Shown: positions 1 to 12,500 of the stretch, piece by piece
Numbering within the stretch: position 1 is the first letter of the stretch
Layout: the number at the start of each line of letters is the position of its first letter
Source of the DNA: Auanema rhodensis
Lineage: Eukaryota > Animalia > Nematoda
Direction of reading: 5' to 3'
Assembly: GCA_964057225.1 (NCBI GenBank)
Contig: OZ059894.1
Location: 1,054,001-1,118,000 of the forward strand
DNA length: 64,000 bases
Position numbers and translations under genes: made by a program
The notes under the pieces: model-generated
Databases searched by the model: none
Told to the model about the DNA's origin: nothing
Seen by the model: only the letters and a program-made list of their open reading frames with translations

Positions 1-24
1 ACACTCAACATTGCTTCCAAAAAC

Positions 25-59
25 ATTTTGACAAAAATTTTTTCGAAAAATTTCAAAAT
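25..59. other. Imperfect A/T-tract dyad (repeated in each monomer)
   Basis: ATTTTGA (25-31) is the reverse complement of TCAAAAT (53-59). These flank the 12-bp palindrome TTTTTCGAAAAA (39-50), which is present in G45 copies. Confidence 0.8.
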
Positions 60-161
60 AATTTAGCAAAAAGTAGATGTTTTTAGATTCCTTTTTTCAA
101 GGCAAAGACGATGGACAATGTTTTTCAACGAAAAAATTAATTCTTCAGGGTGAAAATCGAG

Positions 162-183
162 GATATAAGTGTGAACTTATATC
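162..183. other. Perfect 9-bp inverted repeat with 4-nt GTGA loop (repeated in each monomer)
   Basis: GATATAAGT (162-170) - GTGA - ACTTATATC (175-183). Confidence 0.9.
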
Positions 184-193
184 AGTTGATATC

Positions 194-260
194 TCGGTGC
201 ATTTTTAAGCTAGCGCAAATCTGATAACACAGATCGACGCAGCTTAAAAATCCGCATCGA
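194..260. other. Long interrupted inverted repeat, about 67 bp (repeated in each monomer)
   Basis: TCGGTGC (194-200)/GCATCGA (254-260) has one G-T. ATTTTTAAGCT (201-211)/AGCTTAAAAAT (241-251) is a perfect 11 bp. GCG (213-215)/CGC (238-240) and ATCTG (219-223)/CAGAT (230-234) close a 6-nt loop ATAACA. Confidence 0.9.
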
Positions 261-334
261 ATGCACTATACTACATTGAGAAACGCTTTATACAAAAATT
301 AGTTATGATCGTTTGAAAAATGATGCATTAGTGT

Positions 335-362
335 ATGTTGAGTTTCCATGTACACTCAACAT
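335..362. other. Perfect 9-bp inverted repeat with 10-nt loop (repeated in each monomer)
   Basis: ATGTTGAGT (335-343) - TTCCATGTAC - ACTCAACAT (354-362). Confidence 0.9.
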
Positions 363-3300
363 TGCTTCCAAAAACATTTTGACAAAAATTTTTTCGAAAA
401 ATTTCAAAATAATTTAGCAAAAAGTAGATGTTTTTAGATTCCTTTTTTCAAGGCAAAGACGATGGACAATGTTTTTCAACGAAAAAATTAATTCTTCAGG
501 GTGAAAATCGAGGATATAAGTGTGAACTTATATCAGTTGATATCTCGGTGCATTTTTAAGCTAGCGCAAATCTGATAACACAGATCGACGCAGCTTAAAA
601 ATCCGCATCGAATGCACTATACTACATTGAGAAACGCTTTATACAAAAATTAGTTATGATCGTTTGAAAAATGATGCATTAGTGTATGTTGAGTTTCCAT
701 GTACACTCAACATTGCTTCCAAAAACATTTTGACAAAAATTTTTTCGAAAAATTTCAAAATAATTTAGCAAAAAGTAGATGTTTTTAGATTCCTTTTTTC
801 AAGGCAAAGACGATGGACAATGTTATTCATCGAAAAAATCAATTCTTCAGGGTGAAAATCGAGGATATAAGTGTGAACTTATATCAGTTGATATCTCGGT
901 GCATTTTTAAGCTAGCGCAAATCTGATACCACAGATCGACGCAGCTTAAAAATCCGCATCGAATGCACTATACTACATTGAGAAACGCTTAATACAAAAA
1001 TTAGTTATGATCGTTTGAAAAATGATGCATTAGTGTATGTTGAGTTTCCATGTACACTCAACATTGCTTCCAAAAACATTTTGACGAAAATTTTTTCAAA
1101 AAATTTCAAAATAATTTAGCAAAAAGTAGATGTTTTTAGATTCCTTTTTTCAAGGCAAACACGATGGACATTGTTTTTCAACGAAAAAATTAATTCTTCA
1201 GGGTGAAAATCGAGGATATAAGTGTGAACTTATATCAGTTGATATCTCGGTGCATTTTTAAGCTAGCGCAAATCTGATAACACAGATCGACGCAGCTTAA
1301 AAATCCGCATCGAATGCACTATACTACTTTGAGAAACGCTTAATACAAAAATTAGTTATGATCGTTTGAAAAATGATGCATTAGTGTATGTTGAGTTTCC
1401 ATGTACACTCAACATTGCTTCCAAAAACATTTTGACAAAAATTTTTTCAAAAAATTTCAAAATAATTTAGCAAAAAGTAGATGTTTTTAAATTCCTTTTT
1501 TCAAGGCAAAGACGATGGACAATGTTATTCAACGAAAAAATTAATTCTTCAGGGTGAAAATCGAGGATATAAGTGTGAACTTATATCAGTTGATATCTCG
1601 GTGCATTTTTAAGCTAGCGCAAATCTGATAACACAGATCGACGCAGCTTAAAAATCCGCATCGAATGCACTATACCACATTGAGAAACGCTTTATACAAA
1701 AATTAGTTATGATCGTTTGAAAAATGATGCATTAGTGTATGTTGAGTTTCCATGTACACTCAACATTGCTTCCAAAAACATTTTGACAAAAATTTTTTCG
1801 AAAAATTTCAAAATAATTTAGCAAAAAGTAGATGTTTTTAGATTCCTTTTTTCAAGGCAAACACGATGAACAATGTTTTTCAACGAAAAAATTAATTCTT
1901 CAGGGTGAAAATCGAGGATATAAGTGTGAACTTATATCAGTTGATGTCTCGGTGCATTTTTAAGCTAGCGCAAATCTGATAACACAGATCGACGCAGCTT
2001 AAAAATCCGCATCGAATGCACTATATTACATTGAGAAACGCTTAATACAAAAATTAGTTATGATCGTTTGAAAAATGATGCATTAGTGTATGTTGAGTTT
2101 CCATGTACACTCAACATTGCTTCCAAAAACATTTTGACAAAAATTTTTTCAAAAAATTTCAAAATAATTTAGCAAAAAGTAGATGTTTTTAGATTCCTTT
2201 TTTCAAGGCAAAGACGATGGACAATGTTATTCAACGAAAAAATTAATTCTTCAGGGTGAAAATCGAGGATATAAGTGTGAACTTATATCAGTTGATATCT
2301 CGGTGCATTTTTAAGCTAGCGCAAATCTGATAACACAGATCGACGCAGCTTAAAAATCCGCATCGAATGCACTATACTACATTGAGAAACGCTTTATACA
2401 AAAATTAGTTATGATCGTTTGAAAAATGATGCATTAGTGTATGTTGAGTTTCCATGTACACTCAACATTGCTTCCAAAAACATTTTGACAAAAATTTTTT
2501 CAAAAAATTTCAAAATAATTTAGCAAAAAGTAAATGTTTTTAAATTCCTTTTTTCAAGGCAAAGACGATGGACAATGTTATTCAACGAAAAAATTAATTC
2601 TTCAGGGTGAAAATCGAGGATATAAGTGTGAACTTATATCAGTTGATATCTCGGTGCATTTTTAAGCTAGCGCAAATCTGATACCACAGATCGACGCAGT
2701 TTAAAAATCCGCATCGAATGCACTATACTACATTGAGAAACGCTTAATACAAAAATTAGTTATGATCGTTTGAAAAATGATGCATTAGTGTATGTTGAGT
2801 TTCCATGTACACTCAACATTGCTTCCAAAAACATTTTGACAAAAATTTTTTCGAAAAATTTCAAAATAATTTAGCAAAAAGTAGATGTTTTTAGATTCCT
2901 TTTTTCAAAGCAAAGACGATGGACAATGTTATTCATCGAAAAAATTAATTCTTCAGGGTGAAAATCGAGGATATAAGTGTGAACTTATATCAGTTGATAT
3001 CTCGGTGCATTTTTAAGCTAGCGCAAATCTGATACCACAGATCGACGCAGCTTAAAAATCCGCATCGAATGCACTATACTACATTGAGAAACGCTTAATA
3101 CAAAAATTAGTTATGATCGTTTGAAAAATGATGCATTAGTGTATGTTGAGTTTCCATGTACACTCAACATTGCTTCCAAAAACATTTTGACGAAAATTTT
3201 TTCAAAAAATTTCAAAATAATTTAGCAAAAAGTAGATGTTTTTAGATTCCTTTTTTCAAGGCAAACACGATGGACATTGTTTTTCAACGAAAAAATTAAT

Positions 3301-3510
3301 TCTTCAGGGTGAAAATCGAGGATATAAGTGTGAACTTATATCAGTTGATATCTCGGTGCATTTTTAAGCTAGCGCAAATCTGATACCACAGATCGACGCA
3401 GCTTAAAAATCCGCATCGAATGCACTATACTACATTGAGAAACGCTTAATACAAAAATTAGTTATGATCGTTTGAAAAATGATGCATTAGTGTATGTTGA
3501 GTTTCCATGT

Positions 3511-6500
3511 ACACTCAACATTGCTTCCAAAAACATTTTGACGAAAATTTTTTCAAAAAATTTCAAAATAATTTAGCAAAAAGTAGATGTTTTTAGATTC
3601 CTTTTTTCAAGGCAAACACGATGGACATTGTTTTTCAACGAAAAAATTAATTCTTCAGGGTGAAAATCGAGGATATAAGTGTGAACTTATATCAGTTGAT
3701 ATCTCGGTGCATTTTTAAGCTAGCGCAAATCTGATAACACAGATCGACGCAGCTTAAAAATCCGCATCGAATGCACTATACTACATTGAGAAACGCTTAA
3801 TACAAAAATTAGTTATGATCGTTTGAAAAATGATGCATTAGTGTATGTTGAGTTTCCATGTACACTCAACATTGCTTCCAAAAACATTTTGACGAAAATT
3901 TTTTCAAAAAATTTCAAAATAATTTAGCAAAAAGTAGATGTTTTTAGATTCCTTTTTTCAAGGCAAACACGATGGACATTGTTTTTCAACGAAAAAATTA
4001 ATTCTTCAGGGTGAAAATCGAGGATATAAGTGTGAACTTATATCAGTTGATATCTCGGTGCATTTTTAAGCTAGCGCAAATCTGATAACACAGATCGACG
4101 CAGCTTAAAAATCCGCATCGAATGCACTATACTACATTGAGAAACGCTTAATACAAAAATTAGTTATGATCGTTTGAAAAATGATGCATTAGTGTATGTT
4201 GAGTTTCCATGTACACTCAACATTGCTTCCAAAAACATTTTGACGAAAATTTTTTCAAAAAATTTCAAAATAATTTAGCAAAAAGTAGATGTTTTTAGAT
4301 TCCTTTTTTCAAGGCAAACACGATGGACATTGTTTTTCAACGAAAAAATTAATTCTTCAGGGTGAAAATCGAGGATATAAGTGTGAACTTATATCAGTTG
4401 ATATCTCGGTGCATTTTTAAGCTAGCGCAAATCTGATAACACAGATCGACGCAGCTTAAAAATCCGCATCGAATGCACTATACTACTTTGAGAAACGCTT
4501 AATACAAAAATTAGTTATGATCGTTTGAAAAATGATGCATTAGTGTATGTTGAGTTTCCATGTACACTCAACATTGCTTCCAAAAACATTTTGACAAAAA
4601 TTTTTTCAAAAAATTTCAAAATAATTTAGCGAAAAGTAGATGTTTTTAAATTCCTTTTTTCAAGGCAAAGACGATGGACAATGTTATTCAACGAAAAAAT
4701 TAATTCTTCAGGGTGAAAATCGAGGATATAAGTGTGAACTTATATCAGTTGATATCTCGGTGCATTTTTAAGCTAGCGCAAATCTGATAACACAGATCGA
4801 CGCAGCTTAAAAATTCGCATCGAATGCACTATACCACATTGAGAAACGCTTTATACAAAAATTAGTTATGATCGTTTGAAAAATGATGCATTAGTGTATG
4901 TTGAGTTTCCATGTACACTCAACATTGCTTCCAAAAACATTTTGACAAAAATTTTTTCGAAAAATTTCAAGATAATTTAGCAAAAAGTAGATGTTTTTAG
5001 ATTCCTTTTTTCAAGGCAAACACGATGAACAATGTTTTTCAACGAAAAAATTAATTCTTCAGGGTGAAAATCGAGGATATAAGTGTGAACTTATATCAGT
5101 TGATGTCTCGGTGCATTTTTAAGCTAGCGCAAATCTGATAACACAGATCGACGCAGCTTAAAAATCCGCATCGAATGCACTATACTACATTGAGAAACGC
5201 TTTATACAAAAATTAGTTATGATCGTTTGAAAAATGATGCATTAGTGTATGTTGAGTTTCCATGTACACTCAACATTGCTTCCAAAAACATTTTGACGAA
5301 AATTTTTTCAAAAAATTTCAAAATAATTTAGCAAAAAGTAGATGTTTTTAGATTCCTTTTTTCAAGGCAAACACGATGGACATTGTTTTTCAACGAAAAA
5401 ATTAATTCTTCAGGGTGAAAATCGAGGATATAAGTGTGAACTTATATCAGTTGATATCTCGGTGCATTTTTAAGCTAGCGCAAATCTGATAACACAGATC
5501 GACGCAGCTTAAAAATCCGCATCGAATGCACTATACTACTTTGAGAAACGCTTAATACAAAAATTAGTTATGATCGTTTGAAAAATGATGCATTAGTGTA
5601 TGTTGAGTTTCCATGTACACTCAACATTGCTTCCAAAAACATTTTGACAAAAATTTTTTCAAAAAATTTCAAAATAATTTAGCGAAAAGTAGATGTTTTT
5701 AAATTCCTTTTTTCAAGGCAAAGACGATGGACAATGTTATTCAACGAAAAAATTAATTCTTCAGGGTGAAAATCGAGGATATAAGTGTGAACTTATATCA
5801 GTTGATATCTCGGTGCATTTTTAAGCTAGCGCAAATCTGATAACACAGATCGACGCAGCTTAAAAATCCGCATCGAATGCACTATACTACATTGAGAAAC
5901 GCTTAATACAAAAATTAGCTATGATCGTTTGAAAAATGATGCATTAGTGTATGTTGAGTTTCCATGTACACTCAACATTGCTTCCAAAAACATTTTGACA
6001 AAAATTTTTTCAAAAAATTTCAAAATAATTTAGCAAAAAGTAGATGTTTTTAGATTCCTTTTTTCAAGGCAAAGACGATGGACAATGTTATTCAACGAAA
6101 AAATTAATTCTTCAGGGTGAAAATCGAGGATATAAGTGTGAACTTATATCAGTTGATATCTCGGTGCATTTTTAAGCTAGCGCAAATCTGATAACACAGA
6201 TCGACGCAGCTTAAAAATCCGCATCGAATGCACTATACTACATTGAGAAACGCTTAATACAAAAATTAGTTATGATCGTTTGAAAAATGATGCATTAGTG
6301 TATGTTGAGTTTCCATGTACACTCAACATTGCTTCCAAAAACATTTTGACAAAAATTTTTTCGAAAAATTTCAAAATAATTTAGCAAAAAGTAGATGTTT
6401 TTAGATTCCTTTTTTCAAGGCAAAGACGATGGACAATGTTTTTCAACGAAAAAATTAATTCTTCAGGGTGAAAATCGAGGATATAAGTGTGAACTTATAT

Positions 6501-9500
6501 CAGTTGATATCTCGGTGCATTTTTAAGCTAGCGCAAATCTGATAACACAGATCGACGCAGCTTAAAAATCCGCATCGAATGCACTATACTACATTGAGAA
6601 ACGCTTTATACAAAAATTAGTTATGATCGTTTGAAAAATGATGCATTAGTGTATGTTGAGTTTCCATGTACACTCAACATTGCTTCCAAAAACATTTTGA
6701 CAAAAATTTTTTCGAAAAATTTCAAAATAATTTAGCAAAAAGTAGATGTTTTTAGATTCCTTTTTCCAAGGCAAAGACGATGGACAATGTTATTCATCGA
6801 AAAAATTAATTCTTCAGGGTGAAAATCGAGGATATAAGTGTGAACTTATATCAGTTGATATCTCGGTGCATTTTTAAGTTAGCGCAAATCTGATACCACA
6901 GATCGACGCAGCTTAAAAATCCGCATCGAATGCACTATACTACATTGAGAAACGCTTAATACAAAAATTAGTTATGATCGTTTGAAAAATGATGCATTAG
7001 TGTATGTTGAGTTTCCATGTACACTCAACATTGCTTCCAAAAACATTTTGACAAAAATTTTTTCAAAAAATTTCAAAATAATTTAGCAAAAAGTAGATGT
7101 TTTTAGATTCCTTTTTTCAAGGCAAAGACGATGGACAATGTTATTCAACGAAAAAATTAATTCTTCAGGGTGAAAATCGAGGATATAAGTGTGAACTTAT
7201 ATCAGTTGATATCTCGGTGCATTTTTAAGCTAGCGCAAATCTGATAACACAGATCGACGCAGCTTAAAAATCCGCATCGAATGCACTATACTACATTGAG
7301 AAACGCTTAATACAAAAATTAGTTATGATCGTTTGAAAAATGATGCATTAGTGTATGTTGAGTTTCCATGTACACTCAACATTGCTTCCAAAAACATTTT
7401 GACAAAAATTTTTTCGAAAAATTTCAGAATAATTTAGCAAAAAGTAGATGTTTTTAGATTCCTTTTTTCAAGGCAAAGACGATGGACAATGTTTTTCAAC
7501 GAAAAAATTAATTCTTCAGGGTGAAAATCGAGGATATAAGTGTGAACTTATATCAGTTGATATCTCGGTGCATTTTTAAGCTAGCGCAAATCTGATAACA
7601 CAGATCGACGCAGCTTAAAAATCCGCAACGAATGCACTATACTACATTGAGAAACGCTTTATACAAAAATTAGTTATGATCGTTTGAAAAATGATGCATT
7701 AGTGTATGTTGAGTTTCCATGTACACTCAACATTGCTTCCAAAAACATTTTGACAAAAATTTTTTCGAAAAATTTCAAAATAATTTAGCAAAAAGTAGAT
7801 GTTTTTAGATTCCTTTTTTCAAGGCAAAGACGATGGACAATGTTATTCATCGAAAAAATTAATTCTTCAGGGTGAAAATCGAGGATATAAGTGTGAACTT
7901 ATATCAGTTGATATCTCGGTGCATTTTTAAGTTAGCGCAAATCTGATACCACAGATCGACGCAGCTTAAAAATCCGCATCGAATGCACTATACTACATTG
8001 AGAAACGCTTAATACAAAAATTAGTTATGATCGTTTGAAAAATGATGCATTAGTGTATGTTGAGTTTCCATGTACACTCAACATTGCTTCCAAAAACATT
8101 TTGACAAATTTTTTTCGAAAAATTTCAAAATAATTTAGCAAAAAGTAGATGTTTTTAGATTCCTTTTTTCAAAGCAAAGACGATGGACAATGTTATTCAT
8201 CGAAAAAATTAATTCTTCAGGGTGAAAATCGAGGATATAAGTGTGAATTTATATCAGTTGATATCTCGGTGCATTTTTAAGCTAGCGCAAATCTGATACC
8301 ACAGATCGACGCAGCTTAAAAATCCGCATCGAATGCACTATACTACATTGAGAAACGCTTAATACAAAAATTAGTTATGATCGTTTGAAAAATGATGCAT
8401 TAGTGTATGTTGAGTTTCCATGTACACTCAACATTGCTTCCAAAAACATTTTGACGAAAATTTTTTCAAAAAATTTCAAAATAATTTAGCAAAAAGTAGA
8501 TGTTTTTAGATTCCTTTTTTCAAGGCAAACACGATGGACATTGTTTTTCAACGAAAAAATTAATTCTTCAGGGTGAAAATCGAGGATATAAGTGTGAACT
8601 TATATCAGTTGATATCTCGGTGCATTTTTAAGCTAGCGCAAATCTGATAACACAGATCGACGCAGCTTAAAAATCCGCATCGAATGCACTATACTACATT
8701 GAGAAACGCTTTATACAAAAATTAGTTATGATCGTTTGAAAAATGATGCATTAGTGTATGTTGAGTTTCCATGTACACTCAACATTGCTTCCAAAAACAT
8801 TTTGACAAAAATTTTTTCGAAAAATTTCAAAATAATTTAGCAAAAAGTAGATGTTTTTAGATTCCTTTTTCCAAGGCAAAGACGATGGACAATGTTATTC
8901 ATCGAAAAAATTAATTCTTCAGGGTGAAAATCGAGGATATAAGTGTGAACTTATATCAGTTGATATCTCGGTGCATTTTTAAGTTAGCGCAAATCTGATA
9001 CCACAGATCGACGCAGCTTAAAAATCCGCATCGAATGCACTATACTACATTGAGAAACGCTTAATACAAAAATTAGTTATGATCGTTTGAAAAATGATGC
9101 ATTAGTGTATGTTGAGTTTCCATGTACACTCAACATTGCTTCCAAAAACATTTTGACAAAAATTTTTTCAAAAAATTTCAAAATAATTTAGCAAAAAGTA
9201 GATGTTTTTAGATTCCTTTTTTCAAGGCAAAGACGATGGACAATGTTATTCAACGAAAAAATTAATTCTTCAGGGTGAAAATCGAGGATATAAGTGTGAA
9301 CTTATATCAGTTGATATCTCGGTGCATTTTTAAGCTAGCGCAAATCTGATAACACAGATCGACGCAGCTTAAAAATCCGCATCGAATGCACTATACTACA
9401 TTGAGAAACGCTTAATACAAAAATTAGTTATGATCGTTTGAAAAATGATGCATTAGTGTATGTTGAGTTTCCATGTACACTCAACATTGCTTCCAAAAAC

Positions 9501-12500
9501 ATTTTGACAAAAATTTTTTCGAAAAATTTCAGAATAATTTAGCAAAAAGTAGATGTTTTTAGATTCCTTTTTTCAAGGCAAAGACGATGGACAATGTTTT
9601 TCAACGAAAAAATTAATTCTTCAGGGTGAAAATCGAGGATATAAGTGTGAACTTATATCAGTTGATATCTCGGTGCATTTTTAAGTTAGCGCAAATCTGA
9701 TACCACAGATCGACGCAGCTTAAAAATCCGCATCGAATGCACTATACTACATTGAGAAACGCTTAATACAAAAATTAGTTATGATCGTTTGAAAAATGAT
9801 GCATTAGTGTATGTTGAGTTTCCATGTACACTCAACATTGCTTCCAAAAACATTTTGACAAAAATTTTTTCAAAAAATTTCAAAATAATTTAGCAAAAAG
9901 TAGATGTTTTTAGATTCCTTTTTTCAAGGCAAAGACGATGGACAATGTTATTCAACGAAAAAATTAATTCTTCAGGGTGAAAATCGAGGATATAAGTGTG
10001 AACTTATATCAGTTGATATCTCGGTGCATTTTTAAGCTAGCGCAAATCTGATAACACAGATCGACGCAGCTTAAAAATCCGCATCGAATGCACTATACTA
10101 CATTGAGAAACGCTTAATACAAAAATTAGTTATGATCGTTTGAAAAATGATGCATTAGTGTATGTTGAGTTTCCATGTACACTCAACATTGCTTCCAAAA
10201 ACATTTTGACAAAAATTTTTTCGAAAAATTTCAGAATAATTTAGCAAAAAGTAGATGTTTTTAGATTCCTTTTTTCAAGGCAAAGACGATGGACAATGTT
10301 TTTCAACGAAAAAATTAATTCTTCAGGGTGAAAATCGAGGATATAAGTGTGAACTTATATCAGTTGATATCTCGGTGCATTTTTAAGCTAGCGCAAATCT
10401 GATAACACAGATCGACGCAGCTTAAAAATCCGCAACGAATGCACTATACTACATTGAGAAACGCTTTATACAAAAATTAGTTATGATCGTTTGAAAAATG
10501 ATGCATTAGTGTATGTTGAGTTTCCATGTACACTCAACATTGCTTCCAAAAACATTTTGACAAAAATTTTTTCGAAAAATTTCAAAATAATTTAGCAAAA
10601 AGTAGATGTTTTTAGATTCCTTTTTTCAAGGCAAAGACGATGGACAATGTTATTCATCGAAAAAATTAATTCTTCAGGGTGAAAATCGAGGATATAAGTG
10701 TGAACTTATATCAGTTGATATCTCGGTGCATTTTTAAGTTAGCGCAAATCTGATACCACAGATCGACGCAGCTTAAAAATCCGCATCGAATGCACTATAC
10801 TACATTGAGAAACGCTTAATACAAAAATTAGTTATGATCGTTTGAAAAATGATGCATTAGTGTATGTTGAGTTTCCATGTACACTCAACATTGCTTCCAA
10901 AAACATTTTGACAAATTTTTTTCGAAAAATTTCAAAATAATTTAGCAAAAAGTAGATGTTTTTAGATTCCTTTTTTCAAAGCAAAGACGATGGACAATGT
11001 TATTCATCGAAAAAATTAATTCTTCAGGGTGAAAATCGAGGATATAAGTGTGAACTTATATCAGTTGATATCTCGGTGCATTTTTAAGCTAGCGCAAATC
11101 TGATACCACAGATCGACGCAGCTTAAAAATCCGCATCGAATGCACTATACTACATTGAGAAACGCTTAATACAAAAATTAGTTATGATCGTTTGAAAAAT
11201 GATGCATTAGTGTATGTTGAGTTTCCATGTACACTCAACATTGCTTCCAAAAACATTTTGACGAAAATTTTTTCAAAAAATTTCAAAATAATTTAGCAAA
11301 AAGTAGATGTTTTTAGATTCCTTTTTTCAAGGCAAACACGATGGACATTGTTTTTCAACGAAAAAATTAATTCTTCAGGGTGAAAATCGAGGATATAAGT
11401 GTGAACTTATATCAGTTGATATCTCGGTGCATTTTTAAGCTAGCGCAAATCTGATAACACAGATCGACGCAGCTTAAAAATCCGCATCGAATGCACTATA
11501 CTACATTGAGAAACGCTTAATACAAAAATTAGTTATGATCGTTTGAAAAATGATGCATTAGTGTATGTTGAGTTTCCATGTACACTCAACATTGCTTCCA
11601 AAAACATTTTGACGAAAATTTTTTCAAAAAATTTCAAAATAATTTAGCAAAAAGTAGATGTTTTTAGATTCCTTTTTTCAAGGCAAACACGATGGACATT
11701 GTTTTTCAACGAAAAAATTAATTCTTCAGGGTGAAAATCGAGGATATAAGTGTGAACTTATATCAGTTGATATCTCGGTGCATTTTTAAGCTAGCGCAAA
11801 TCTGATAACACAGATCGACGCAGCTTAAAAATCCGCATCGAATGCACTATACTACATTGAGAAACGCTTAATACAAAAATTAGTTATGATCGTTTGAAAA
11901 ATGATGCATTAGTGTATGTTGAGTTTCCATGTACACTCAACATTGCTTCCAAAAACATTTTGACGAAAATTTTTTCAAAAAATTTCAAAATAATTTAGCA
12001 AAAAGTAGATGTTTTTAGATTCCTTTTTTCAAGGCAAACACGATGGACATTGTTTTTCAACGAAAAAATTAATTCTTCAGGGTGAAAATCGAGGATATAA
12101 GTGTGAACTTATATCAGTTGATATCTCGGTGCATTTTTAAGCTAGCGCAAATCTGATAACACAGATCGACGCAGCTTAAAAATCCGCATCGAATGCACTA
12201 TACTACTTTGAGAAACGCTTAATACAAAAATTAGTTATGATCGTTTGAAAAATGATGCATTAGTGTATGTTGAGTTTCCATGTACACTCAACATTGCTTC
12301 CAAAAACATTTTGACAAAAATTTTTTCAAAAAATTTCAAAATAATTTAGCGAAAAGTAGATGTTTTTAAATTCCTTTTTTCAAGGCAAAGACGATGGACA
12401 ATGTTATTCAACGAAAAAATTAATTCTTCAGGGTGAAAATCGAGGATATAAGTGTGAACTTATATCAGTTGATATCTCGGTGCATTTTTAAGCTAGCGCA

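Larger units (their letters stand above)
1..351 (+). repeat. Representative 351-bp monomer (arbitrary phase set by the window start)
   Basis: Bases 1-351 match 352-702 by eye. The ORF-track frame has multiple stops per monomer (TAG 64-66, TGA 151-153, TAA 166-168, TGA 172-174). Confidence 0.98.

Noticed and set aside
118-150. Hammerhead ribozyme core on the minus strand (CUGAAGA at 148-142 followed by GAAA), as known from some animal satellites
   Set aside because: The intervening AUUAAUUUUUUCGUU cannot form stem II, and I found no stem I/III partners. The plus-strand CTGATAA lacks the conserved G. An Infernal/Rfam scan would settle it.
1-351. Tandem 5S rRNA, tRNA, snRNA or spliced-leader gene unit
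   Set aside because: I recognised no conserved RNA gene sequence, cloverleaf or Pol III A/B/C boxes on either strand.
1-351. Internal dimer of two ~175-bp subunits
   Set aside because: I see no convincing similarity between the halves beyond short GAAAA(A)T words expected in AT-rich DNA.
1-351. Assignment to a named ~350-360 bp satellite (e.g. Drosophila 1.688 family or tenebrionid beetle satellites)
   Set aside because: Only length and AT content are similar. I cannot recognise sequence identity without a database search.
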